This document shows, piece after piece, positions 1 to 12,716 of a DNA stretch of 64,000 nucleotides. The notes under the pieces were generated by a model. The model did no database searches. It saw nothing but the letters and a program-made list of their open reading frames with translations, and was not told the DNA's origin. The position numbers and the translations under genes were made by a program. Positions within the stretch are counted from its first letter, which is position 1; each line of letters opens with the position of its first letter. The stretch spans positions 62,001 through 126,000 of the forward strand of contig JALDZX010000004.1 in the NCBI GenBank assembly GCA_022813865.1, given 5' to 3'. Origin of the DNA: Xylographa opegraphella. Its lineage: Eukaryota.

Positions 1-936
1 CCACTCGAGAGGCCCGAGATTATCGGAGAGCCCGAGCAATTCGGTCACAGCCCGAGCCCACCCAGAGAGCAATTCGGTCACAGCTCAAGCCCACCCAGAG
101 AGCAATTCGGTCACAGCCCGAGCCCACCCAGAGATAAGAAAGGGGATAAACGGGATGATAAGCACGGCGATCCGAAGAGTGCCAAAAAGGGGAAGCACGA
201 AAAGCCCGACATTCACAATTCGAAACCGAGGCAAAAATCAAAGGATTACGAAAGAGGATATGACAGCGGATCCGATTATGACGTGGTATTCGACAAGTAT
301 TCGGACAACGAAACTGTCTTGATAACACCCGAATCTAGTGTCAGTGGTGAGAGCAGCAGGAAATACGGGAGACATCGCGAGAGTGACCATGACCGCCATC
401 GGCGAGATTCATACCGAGATGTTATCAAACCCCCTCACCGCGAACATCGTCGCAGATCTCCACCCCCTTCGCCACGCGATCGAGACCGAAGATCCTCTTT
501 CGAAGACGAAGGCTACGTCGTCATTCCCGCCAAGACTGTCCGCAAGGCTGCATCCGGGTTCCAACGCATGTCATCCATGCATGCCTCGGAGCGCCCGTAC
601 ATGCAACAAGCATACACCTATGATGCTCGAGACTATCGCGATCATCCCGAGCCCCCACGACGCCTCAGCGATGTGGCATTGACACGAAGGGACACTATCG
701 CACATCCGCGACGAGAATCGATGGCATTCCCGCGCAAGGTCCCAGAGTATTCACATGTGGATGAATGGTACCGTCCCGGTGAGAAAGAAGCAGCTATCGA
801 GAGGCGTGAGCGCGAGCTGGACGCTGAGCTGAACGCTCGACGCCGGGACAGACTTGAGCGGGAGAGTTATTACCCCAAGCCGGTCCGGTATGTGCGGGAA
901 TACGACGTTCCTGTATATGACTCTCGGTACCGGTGA
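1..936 (+). CDS. 3' part of a low-complexity Arg/Asp/Ser-rich hypothetical protein (5'-truncated by the window edge)
   Basis: Frame 1 is open from base 1 (PLERPEIIGEPEQFGHSPSPPR...) into the 283..936 ORF; TGA at 934-936. Confidence 0.7.
   Translation, partial: PLERPEIIGEPEQFGHSPSPPREQFGHSSSPPREQFGHSPSPPRDKKGDKRDDKHGDPKSAKKGKHEKPDIHNSKPRQKSKDYERGYDSGSDYDVVFDKYSDNETVLITPESSVSGESSRKYGRHRESDHDRHRRDSYRDVIKPPHREHRRRSPPPSPRDRDRRSSFEDEGYVVIPAKTVRKAASGFQRMSSMHASERPYMQQAYTYDARDYRDHPEPPRRLSDVALTRRDTIAHPRRESMAFPRKVPEYSHVDEWYRPGEKEAAIERRERELDAELNARRRDRLERESYYPKPVRYVREYDVPVYDSRYR
34..132 (+). repeat. Coding tandem repeat, 3 x 33 bp (EQFGHS[P/S]SPPR)
   Basis: gagcaattcggtcacagcccgagcccacccaga occurs three times, with substitutions in copy 2. 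Confidence 0.9.
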
Positions 937-1612
937 GCAGGATCCGGTTTGTGGTCAGGAATGGTTATGACGGCGTTATCTGCGGGCTGGGCGGAGCTTT
1001 TGAGACCAAAGTCTATGCGACGAATGCGGTTACTTGTCCATGGCTCGTATTAGCGAATTGGAAAGGGCTTATCAGTGATAATCCTGGGCTGGTAATGTCT
1101 TATGATGTATGATATTGGCAGAAGGTTCGTAGGTCGTTGTACCTGCTTGAAGCGCTAGATCTGCATGCAAAAGCAATTACTACCGTATCAGAATTTAATG
1201 ATCTGTAAACGTTATACGTTTCTGACGGCACTATAGATTTTGAGAACTTGAGATGAATGAGAATGGACGGATGCATTGTTGTTGATCCAGGCATCAACAT
1301 GATGCTCCTCCTGTTGAACGTAGCACCGTGGTCAGGGCAATATTTGACTACTAATTCCTCATTGTATCATATCGAATGCTAAAATATATTGTGCTTGTAG
1401 TGCACCATTTCTGTCGCGGCCTAATTCTCTTGCAACGTTGTAGAACTACCCCTCCACCCCACCACAACATCACATCCTTCTGCTCTCGTAGATCCTAGCT
1501 ATCCCACAAGCATTGTTTCAATCTTGTTCACTAGTCTACATACCTCAGTCTTCATCTTTAGCTATCATTCGCTCTTAACCCCCCGACTCACATCCTAACC
1601 TCAGCCGCCATC

Positions 1613-2888
<1,276 letters not shown>

Positions 2889-3591
2889 AGTGCCCTGGGC
2901 ACGGTGGGGGGCTCATTGGTAGTATCGAGGGGAAGCACTCTTACACGTGTGGGTGGAAGGCAGTGTCAGAACCGGCACCGAGGTGGGTACCATGGAAGCA
3001 GTAGTGAAAAGCATTGTTGAGGGAACGCTTCTTGTATTATCACTAATCAAAAAAAATGCCATCGGGCGGTACGAACTGACTTGAGATGTATTTACCAACA
3101 CGGTATACCGTTATCTGGACGAGATGCTTCAGCCTAGCCCAAGTAGATCGTAGGAGATTCTGAAGCCTATGCTTCGCATTCGGCGCCTCCCCCTGACACT
3201 ACACCTTGTAGTGTTGGTAGACGAGGCGGACCTCGATTGGAGAGCTGGAAAGGGAATGGGGCAGAACACTGGTGCTAGGGAGGAAAGCAACCAGGGAGAA
3301 AGGAGCATAAAGTGAGGAATGGGGAGCTTGATTCGAAAAGGTGTTTTTATATGCTTTATGATTGTAATGATATGTGTATATTCCCGTTTTCCCAGAAGGA
3401 CGTTTTCCTTGAAGGAACTATAGTGACAAACTGCTCACATATAAGCGAGTAGGAGGTACGCATGTGACAATGTTTGGGTGTGTAAATCAGGTTCCACCAA
3501 ACCCAGACCAAACCGCTCCAAGCGCGCTGACGGCGAGCAGTAAAACATCCCCGGCCCCCCCCAAAAGACCCCCTCCCTCCCCCACCCCCCC

Positions 3592-4342
3592 TCACCCCTT
3601 GGGCCCCATCCCCTCCAACGGACTCCCCGCCCCGTGCAGCGGACTCCACACGCCCCTGACGGCCTCGTTCTCACTCCGGACCATCCGGCCGCCCTTGACG
3701 CGCCTGTTCTTCGCCGCGTTGCCGTCCCGCAGCAGCTCCGCCTTGCGCAGGATCTGCTCCTTGGACAGGTTCCGCACGCAGACTGCTTTGACGACCGTGT
3801 TCGCGGTCGAGGAGAGGGATTGCGGGGCGAAGGTCGAGGGCGAGCTGGGTGTGGGCGCGATGTAGTGCGCGCGGATGACGGGGTGGGCGCGTGGCCGGGG
3901 GGAGATGTGGATCTCTGTGCTGGGGGAGTGCGCGGTGAAGGCGGGGAGGGTGTGTGTGAGGAATTGGCTGTTGAGGGAGGAGTTAGTGGGGGATCGTAAG
4001 GGGGGGAGGTGGGAGGTGGAATTGGGGGGGGGGAAGTTGGAGGGGAGGTTGAGGGAAAGGTTGTGCTTTGGGGGCAAGACGGCGATGGAGTGAGTTTGAG
4101 CATACACGCAAAGCAGCAGGTAGGTGACTGCATGAGTGTTTGTGATGGAGGCCAGCAATACTCACTTCATGCCCTTGGAACTGCCCGCCCAGTCACAGTA
4201 GTGGAAGTCGAGGCGTTTGCATTGTAGGATGAAAGCACCCACGCCATTCTGCAGAGTTTCTTGTCAGTCGGGGGGGGATAGTTGAGTAGGGATGCGGCTT
4301 TACACGGGCGACTGAGGTTGCGGTGAGAGCCTTTACAGGCAT
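3592..4342 (-). CDS. MRPL51: Mitochondrial ribosomal protein mL43, 3 exons
   Basis: MPVKALTATSVAR|NGVGAFILQCKRLDFHYCDWAGSSKGMN|QFL...HPVIRAHY...VCVRNL...VRGVWSPLHG matches the L51/mL43 family. Confidence 0.9.
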
Positions 4343-4580
4343 GTTATCGACTTCTGCGCATGCTTACGATGCCCAAGGGAATTGATGGATGGAAGTGAGA
4401 GGTCGAAGTCGGACCTTTTTGCGCTTACATAACCACGATGCCAAGCACAGCAAGGAGCAACATTTTGGAGCTCTTCACACGCGTGGTCTGTAAAACTCAC
4501 TGGTCAGCCACCAGCTCGCTGTCGCTTTACGCACTCCAGTCTCTCCATCAGATAACGTTTTTCTCTACGGAACGTTCATC

Positions 4581-6208
4581 ATGACCGACAAATTGCCCCC
4601 AAACCTCCTCGCTCTCTTCGCGGCACGTCCAGCCCTCCGTTACCTCCCTCCCAGCGACCACGCTCCAGAAGAACGCAAGACCAGTAACATCGGCGGTGTC
4701 GCTCAATATCTACCTGCGATTCAGGAATATGAAGCCATCCCGTACGAACCGACGGAAAGCTGGTTGCAGCGGAAGGATCGCATAAAGGCGGAGAAGAAGG
4801 AGAGGCAGGAGAAATTACTCACTGAAGGTTATTCGCAGTGTATGCGGAGTCGCTCCCCTTCTTTATGTCACAGCTATCTCAGCTACGGAGACTATGGAGT
4901 ACTGGAGGCTAACTTCATGATTTTCGGAACAGACAAACCAAATGATGATCCTCAGGTTCGGGGAAATGCGCTAAAGACACTTTTTGTTGCGAGGTTGAGC
5001 TACGATGTCAAGGAAGATGATCTCGCAAGGGAATTTGGGCGCTTCGGACCCATCGAAAGGGCAAGTGACGCAGCAGGGCAAGCTTGGCAAGACGGGACTA
5101 TATGCTAATTTACGATTACAGATCCGCATTGTTGCAGATACCCGTGGAGAGGATGGCGACCGCGATGGCGATGAGAAGAAGAAGAAAAAGAAGAAGAAAG
5201 CTCATCGAGGGTATGCGTTCATAGTGTACGAGAGAGAGAAGGACATGAAGAGTATTACTTTCCCCCCCCAAATACGATTGACAATTCCTCTACTGGAGGT
5301 AATAAGAAGTACTTGACTGACACAAGAGCTTTTCTTCCTTTCGTTTAGCTGCCTATAAAGAAACCGATGGAATCCGTATCAAAGATCGCCGCGTGCTTGT
5401 TGATGTTGAACGTGGCAGAATTGTCGTTGGCTGGAGACCTCGCCGTTTCGGAGGCGGACTTGGAGGCCGAGGCTATACCAAAGCTATGGCTGCACGACCA
5501 ACCGGACCTGGAGGTTTCGCTGCTGCTCCTGCAGGGCCTGGCGGTTTCCGTGGAGGATTCCGAGGTGGGTTTGGTGATCGTGGCGGTGGTTTCCGAGGCG
5601 GCTTCCGTGGGGGTGACCGAGGAGGTTATGGTGGAGGAAGAGGAGGAATTGGTTATCAGGGTGGCGGAGGATTCGGAGGAGGTGGAAGAGGTGGTTTCAG
5701 TGGAGCGCCAAACGGCTTTGCAAATGGAGCTGCACCGCCTCCCAACGCACCATCTGGTCCAGGTGGAAACAGAGGTGGTATGTCTAATGGGTATGGAGGA
5801 TCTTACGGTGGACCACCAACGAACGGAAGTATCAACGGCTCGGCCCCAGCACCAGAAGCTGTGAACGGTGGTGGGTACGGAGATCCCAGACGAAATGACT
5901 CATATGACGATAGGTCTTCTTATCGTGGAGCCGGTAGCAGTCGCGGATATGGTGATAGAGGTGACAGTCGCTCTGGAGGTATTACTGGAAGCAACCGCGA
6001 ACCGGTAAGACCAAGAGATGGTGGGTACGCCGATCGAGACCGTGCTGGAGGAGATCGAAGCGGTGGTGACCGCGACCGGGATCGGGACCGCGACCGCGAC
6101 CGCGATCGAGGACACAGCAGCCGAGGGCGCGACGATGAGTATGGTAGCAGGAAAAGATACCACGAAAGTGACGGATATGACGATCCACGCAGCAAACGAA
6201 GGTATTAG
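4581..6208 (+). CDS. SNP1: U1 snRNP 70 kDa protein, 4 exons
   Basis: [18 protein letters not shown]-terminus, RRM ([42 protein letters not shown]), RGG and RD-repeat tail; introns 4840-4932, 5061-5121 (GC-AG) and 5252-5348. Confidence 0.95.
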
Positions 6209-6802
6209 TCCTCTGGACTACGGCATTGGTTTGTTGGGTGGGTCCCCTTCGCTTCTTCATCCATCATCAATCTCAAATGCCAGGGTAAGCGGGGCCAAAT
6301 CTTACCAGTCCGTTACATTTCCAGCAGAGGCTTGACACGGTCGCTTTCATGGCTGTCCACGCCCGTTATTACCAGCATCAATATTCGAACACAGCATTGT
6401 CGGTTCAAAATTGAAAGTCCCTCGACGACCAGGTATCAGAGGTAACGCTCACCCTTTCGTTCGATGCTTTCAGCATAGGTAAAGAAACGCAGCGGGAGGG
6501 TAGGCTGGGGTAATTTTCATCTTTCCTTCTCGCCTGTGTTTGGTAAGTATGCTTGTACTATAGTTTGATGCAAAAGCTTTAGGTAAGATCAGGTAAGACG
6601 GTTCTGATCATGAAGAAGCTGGACGTCGGAGGCAACGAGGTAATCTTGGTATTTTTCTATATGTGTTCCAGCAACTTCTAGCAGTGCCGAGCTACCAAGG
6701 TAGTAGAGGTATCGAGCTTTTCCAGTCCGTCATGGTATCATGCACCAAATTCTGACGGTCCCAAACATCCGTTCACAACGCCATATATGCAGGATAAAAT
6801 CC

Positions 6803-7678
6803 TCACTCCATTATTTCATCGTCGTCAACCAGCTCTTCCTCGCCATCCTCACCCATCTCTTTACCACGACCGTCACCACCACCAGCTTCTCCCTCCGCCA
6901 GCACCATCACCTCCGCCTTCTCCTTCTCCCAGTATGCCTTCAACTCGACCCCAAACTCCGCCGTCGCCACCCCAAACATCTTCAACAGCGTCGTCTGCCC
7001 ACTCCCGAGCACCTCCCCCTCCTGACAGACCACATACTCCCCCTCCAGCTCCACCCTCCCCTTCACCAGCCTCGTCGGCACGCCCCACTTCCGCAGCGTA
7101 GGCTCGATACTGTGCGCCAGCGGCACGTCCTCCTCGACCGCGATCTCCCCACCACGGGAATACACAACGCCCGCCGGCAGCACGAAGGTGCGTGTCGCGG
7201 TCGTGCCGGCGCGCGCGTAGTCCAGGGGGTGGAAGTCTGCAAAGTAGGCTTTTATCTCCGCCGGCGCGCGCGGGCTGAACAGCAGCCCGATCGTGCCGCT
7301 CAGGTGCGGCGTCAGCAGCGACGTGTTCGGCGCCGGCTCGTCCGTCGCGGAGCGGCCGAGGGCGGCGGCCATGACTTTCGTCTTGCCGAAGAACAGTCTG
7401 CTCGTCTCACTGGTCAGCAGGAAATTTCCCCGGACGCCCTTTCGAACAAATCTTCTTTCTGGGGAACGGAAAGGAGGTTGCACGTACCTGCTATCGGACA
7501 ATCGGGTCCGCACGTCTTTGAGGTAGGTGTTGCGCATGTTGTCGACGGCGAAGACGTACAGGAAGGGGTACTTGGCGACGCATTCTTGGATGTTGGCGTA
7601 CGTTTTGAGCGTGAGCTCTTTGCCCTTCTTGGTCACTTTGGAGAGGTGCACCACTTTCGCGCGCTTCGATCGTGGCAT
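6803..7678 (-). CDS. MRT4: Ribosome assembly factor Mrt4
   Basis: MPRSKRAKVVHLSKVTKKGKE, VDNMRNTYLKDVR, LFFGKTKVM, DYARAG; one 90-nt in-frame intron at 7398-7487. Confidence 0.95.
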   Translation of the reverse strand: MPRSKRAKVVHLSKVTKKGKELTLKTYANIQECVAKYPFLYVFAVDNMRNTYLKDVRTRLSDSRYVQPPFRSPERRFVRKGVRGNFLLTSETSRLFFGKTKVMAAALGRSATDEPAPNTSLLTPHLSGTIGLLFSPRAPAEIKAYFADFHPLDYARAGTTATRTFVLPAGVVYSRGGEIAVEEDVPLAHSIEPTLRKWGVPTRLVKGRVELEGEYVVCQEGEVLGSGQTTLLKMFGVATAEFGVELKAYWEKEKAEVMVLAEGEAGGGDGRGKEMGEDGEEELVDDDEIME

Positions 7679-8491
7679 GCTTGCGGTTGGAGGTTTGGGG
7701 CCGGAGCGGGGGGGGGGAGGTGAGGGTGGTGGGTTGAGTGCGGAATATTTTGCGGTGGACTTTTTTGTGTCGGTGCATAAAAAGTTTGGTGGAGGGGTTC
7801 ATAAATTTATCCTATGTATTTTCATGCGTATGTCACATGTGTGCAACGACAGCCTCGATATCTTGTGTAGAGCTAGCTTTTCGAAGCCGCTGGTAATTAG
7901 TAAACAGTGACTATATTACTGCATCAGTGTATCTCCGCTGTTAGGATTCTCTGGAATAACAAAGTTGTTCAATCATCTTTTCATCTTCGAGCTTTACTTC
8001 TGTACATCCGCTACTTCGGTCCAAGACTGCCATATGCCAGCTTCCCTGTGTCCCCTTTCTGAAAACCTCTACAGATATTCGGGAGCGACACTTGTGTTGC
8101 AACTGTCCGTTAGCGTCGCGCCGTTCTATTCAAGTTTATAGCAGTACATAACAACCTCCACCAGGCTCAGGTCGCGCGCTTTTCTAACTCCTTGCCATTC
8201 TTAATTTCTTCTGCGTGAACTGCGTGGTCTATAGTGTCTTTCACACATCAATGCCGATGCTCAGCATTGGATAATGATGCTTTGAATACTGACCTATCTT
8301 CGGGGTCGGTGATTGTGTCCTCTATGATACGTTTTGGGGCCTCCTGTGTTGTATGACCCGTTCCTCTAATTCCTGCCACATAGTCTTCTACCGCGGTTGG
8401 ATTCTTCTCCCTGAGCATCGTAGAGTCTGATCCGTGGCCTGCTCGTCTTCATGTTGGACTACTCGGAGCCTCCTGATTGGCTTGAGTTTCG

Positions 8492-9327
8492 TCAGTTCCT
8501 CGATTCCCTCATTTCAATGCGAGAACCTCCAGACTTACGTTCTCTCGTAGCGATGCACCGCTCGGCATAATGTAATTCTCGGTTCTCTCCACCCTGCGGA
8601 ACAACACTGCTATTGACTTTGGATATTCGGGGGTTCGTCTCGGCTCTCATGTTCGGTTCCGTAAGCGCGCTTTGATAGAACGGCTTCTCGGTAACTCCGT
8701 TTTGGGAAAATGCGTGCTGGTAAGTCATCCCCATATATCGAACCAAAGCAACAAGTCCAGGTTTACTACACCGCGACGACTCTTTCGTCAAGCTGGCAGT
8801 TCCAACCCATCCCGAGAGTCACTGAAATTCCACGATCAAAGCCGGACCCCAACTATAGCCGCGGACCACCTCATCCGTCGGGTCCTGCACCGGCGCCCAC
8901 CGTGAAGTATAGTTACCCACCCAGGCATCAATGACGGCCAACTGGGCAAACAGCTCCTTGTGCTCGTGGACTTCCTCTTCGCTGGGACCCTTGACACCCA
9001 TCCAGATGTCTATAGCATCCAGTTTCTTGAATAGTTTGGCGTGGGCGTTGCAGCCCTTTGCCTCGAGTAGGTAAGGGAAGGTCGCGAGAAGACGGCTGAC
9101 AATGCCCTTGTGGCTGAGGAAGCGCTTCAGGTAAGCGACGAAGACTTCGTGCTCGAGGGACAGACTTCGGGACACAAGAGGCGGGGCTTCCTGCTCATCG
9201 AAGGGTTGGAGTTCCAGGTCAGCGTGCGCTGGGGTCGCGCACATGTCTGATACGTGTTAGTGATGTTGCCGATAACGAGTGCGGCGAGAGACCAGCATAC
9301 CGGAAGTAGTAACAGGTACAGCTGCAT
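8492..9327 (-). pseudogene. Decayed gene of unknown function
   Basis: ORFs 8819..9244 and 8492..8791 share a frame and are separated by a single TGA; upstream GTATGC...CTAAC...CAG intron at 9300-9247; no family recognised. Confidence 0.4.
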
Positions 9328-10483
9328 ATGTTGACAGTGTAATCTTGGTGCTAGGCATACTGCAAGGTCGGTGACGAGTGGACAGAAGAAAGAAGAAGAT
9401 GGGTCACGGCGGCTTCTGCTAAGAGTATGCTGTTCGGCGTCACGTACTTTGATACAGGGAAGACTCTTGAGCAGGTTCGAGGTGATGCAGAATTGAGAAT
9501 ATAATCACTAAAGGATTGCCTCGGCGGCGCAGCTATAGAGCATATATAAACACGCATAGTGTGACAGTGCAGCTCAAACACAAATTGTGGGTCAGAACTT
9601 AAATATGAGAAAACAGTTCACGTTTCATGCCCGGCACAGTATACCATCACATCTTCGATTCAGAACTCTTGTGATAAATTCAAATGAATCATGTATGGGT
9701 TAGAGAAAAGCTCATATATAGCTATCTAAGATGCGAGTGTTATATTTGTTCATGTATATACCATCTTTGAGACAAGGAGGCGCCACGAAAAGTTTACATC
9801 AATCGAAAGACCAATAGCAAGTAGAATACTGAAAAGAACTATCCTGGAACCAGCTTCCGTTTCAAGAACAAGGATGAGCCTAGAGCTTCCAGACGCCACC
9901 GTGATATTAATACCAAGACAATTTATGTACCAATGAAGTAGTACAGTCCCAAGATCGACGGCTTGTCTCGAGGTCGAGCAAAATCAATATGTCTCGTGAA
10001 TACCAAATAGTTGGGAGAGAATGTTGGTCGATCGTTCACCAGGGTCATTTCCGACCAGCGAAGGAGGTGAAAATTTGAACGTCGTTTGGTTCAAGAATGC
10101 CATATGTGAGGTGATACGATATCCAGCCTATACAGATCCTTGTGGCCTTGATAGGACCATCCTTTCCAAGCCTCAGTGATACGCTCGCCTACCTCATACT
10201 ACTCTGGTAACAGCTGAGGTGGTCGTGGTCAGTGTCTCACCACGGACTTCGACAAAGCAGCTGCCTGATGGGAAGCAATAGCTCGAGCCTGGATGTATAA
10301 GAGGGATGGAACAATGTTGGGATGGATGAAACGGTCGGACGGTCGGTCGCATTTGATCTTGTGACTGTAAGATCGCTGATGTACAAGTACGGGAACGCTC
10401 TGGAAATCCAACCTGGTTGCTGAAGATCATGCTTGCAAAAATAGTATACGCCACTACATGTGCAGTAAGATCAATCCTGCTTT

Positions 10484-10918
10484 TCAGTCTTTCTTTCCTT
10501 GGGCCCAACAAGCGGCCTGTAGCTTCGGATAGAACTCCTTTTGCATGACGGTATCGACATACTCCTTTTGACTGACAATGTGCTTTCCGCTCTCGTCGAA
10601 CTGCAGAATCCAGACATACTCGTTCAGGTATTGTCCAGCAGCTGTGTCTGCCTTTGCATATAACCACATGCAGATTCGGCGCGCCTCAACGTCTTCCAGT
10701 ATATCTTCAACGGTAAGGCTGAAGTTTTCGAATATCGGCTGGAGGAACCTGAGGCGCTGCTCATACGGGGCATTGCCTTGAAGGGGTAGCTTGATCGAAC
10801 GCGGAAGGATCTGGTTTGTACAATCGGGACTCCGGAGAGATATGATCTTGTCGATGTCCATATTATTGAAAGCTTCAACTAGGCTTTCAGCAGTGCGACG
10901 TTGCTCCGTACGTGCCAT
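10484..10918 (-). CDS. NTF2/SnoaL-like fold protein (AusH/Trt14-like)
   Basis: Intronless 144 aa: AFNNMDIDKIISLRSPDC...D..ARRICMW..A.ADTAAGQYLNEYVWILQF...IVSQKEYVDT. Confidence 0.8.
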   Translation of the reverse strand: MARTEQRRTAESLVEAFNNMDIDKIISLRSPDCTNQILPRSIKLPLQGNAPYEQRLRFLQPIFENFSLTVEDILEDVEARRICMWLYAKADTAAGQYLNEYVWILQFDESGKHIVSQKEYVDTVMQKEFYPKLQAACWAQGKKD

Positions 10919-12628
10919 GGCCGGGTTAAGGAGAGAACAGATTTTTCACCAGACTGCTCCGACTGGATTTGTTCTTCTGATATAGACATTTGATGCCTGC
11001 TTTCCGTGCAGGCCAGAGCGGGGTCGTGGGCGACTTGGTGGCGTTCCATATTCGGCAAACAAGCAGCAGCGCTAGACTTAATTCGTATGGCTGATCATGT
11101 AAACGATAACCTAGCGCACAAATCCGGCCCAATTTGGGCGATGATGTTTCTTCGTCTTCTTTACTGCATGAAATCTGGAAGGTCATGCATGAAGCACTCT
11201 GCTGCGAGACCGCCTGGGCATCCTTGCGAACTACCTTCATACTCCCAGAGGCATCGTTATTATATGCTTCACAATGCGTGAAAATGAAACAATCGAGCCT
11301 CTTCCGCATGGAAGTATGGTGCAACTGATTGCTGGTGTCTTTCAGCCATTGACAACATTTAGTAAGCGAGTTACCGCAGGCGCTGTCCAGCATCACAACT
11401 GAATGAAGCACAAACAGACTGGGTGCTTGACATTGAAAGACTCTGGCTACACGATTCCCCGTCTCAGCTGATTCTTAGTGTTTATTAAATGTGCATCCTT
11501 TAAGCTTCTGATTCTTGTCAGTTTCGTTCTTGCTTGGCTGAAGCTTTCACTATCGAAAGTCATAAGCAACCCTGATTGATATCTTCACAGGTGTCTCGCA
11601 TCGTGAAACAACTCTCCAGGTATGAAAACACAGGATAACAGTAATACTCCCTCGAATCGGCATGCTTCTTTCCGGTAACGGGCGGTTGTCAAGGTGATCG
11701 CCGGTTGGAAGGATACAATGAGCTGTCTTGGACCTTTGTGCATGTATCATGGTATCAAACATGTCTTTTGAACAACGATGCAGCTGACCTGAAGTCGAAT
11801 TTGATGAAGATTGTGCGTGGACAAACCTTCTTTCTCCTGTAGTCTACGTTCAGTGAGAAGGCGAGTACATCGCGAACTTGCCTCCATTCGAGTTAAGAGG
11901 AGAAAGAAAAGCTAGAGAGACGCTCAGCATTCAAAATACATATTACTTGACCAAGACCAGATGAGCGAGCCGCTCTAGGAGAGTGTGTGCATGCCTTCCG
12001 CCAACATTAATCCGTACTGCTTGGGCTACCTCCATTGAAGCACAACGCGTCAAGCACAACGCGTCAAGCACCATCAGGCAGATTCGCAGACGGCAACCAA
12101 CTTCGCGGACCCTAGTTAATAGGCGATCCTTGTAACTGGAGTCCGAGCTGCAAACTCGGAGAGTTGCGTCTCAACCGGCCTGCGGAACCTCGGCGTTTTG
12201 TCTCACAATGAGCCTATCTGTTGTGCAATGCTAGAGGTTTTCCTGCAAGGTCTCGCAACGCCTCTGTGTGCCGTCTTGTCGACACGAGGGCTGCGTGAAG
12301 CGCTTGGAATGTCCATCAGTTTGCCATTTGGCTAAGACGCAGTCATGCGCAACCAAACTTTGGACAGAGAGTGGGGTTTGAAGTCTTGATTCGCCTTCAA
12401 GCACATTATCGGCTATGCCTAAGGGCTATCCAAGGTGTCAATCTTACATGGTCATTCCTTACATAGTCCTTCGGACACTGAAGGATGATCAGCCGTAGCC
12501 ATTGCTACCCATAAGTGGGTGGGTTGCGCCAGCCACAGATATAATGTCGCCACTCAATCAAGGGACACAACGCCGGCGCTAATCGCCTTCATATATTGAA
12601 TTATCTTCAAGTGGCGGGCCAGACCAGA

Positions 12629-12716
12629 ACAGTGGTGGACCTCCACAGTGGTGGACCTCCACAGCGGTGGACCTCCACAGCGGTGGACCTCCACAGCGGT
12701 GGACCTCCACAGTGGT
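12629..12716. repeat. Minisatellite, 5.5 x 16 bp (acagYggtggacctcc)
   Basis: Directly visible head-to-tail copies with no spacers. Confidence 0.95.

Noticed and set aside
6740..7723. 327-aa plus-strand ORF
   Set aside because: Antisense shadow of GC-rich MRT4.
12038..12071. 14-bp direct duplication (aagcacaacgcgtc)
   Set aside because: Ordinary slippage duplication with no associated element.
12629..12716. CRISPR-like array
   Set aside because: Units are contiguous with no unique spacers, there are no cas genes, and the context is eukaryotic.
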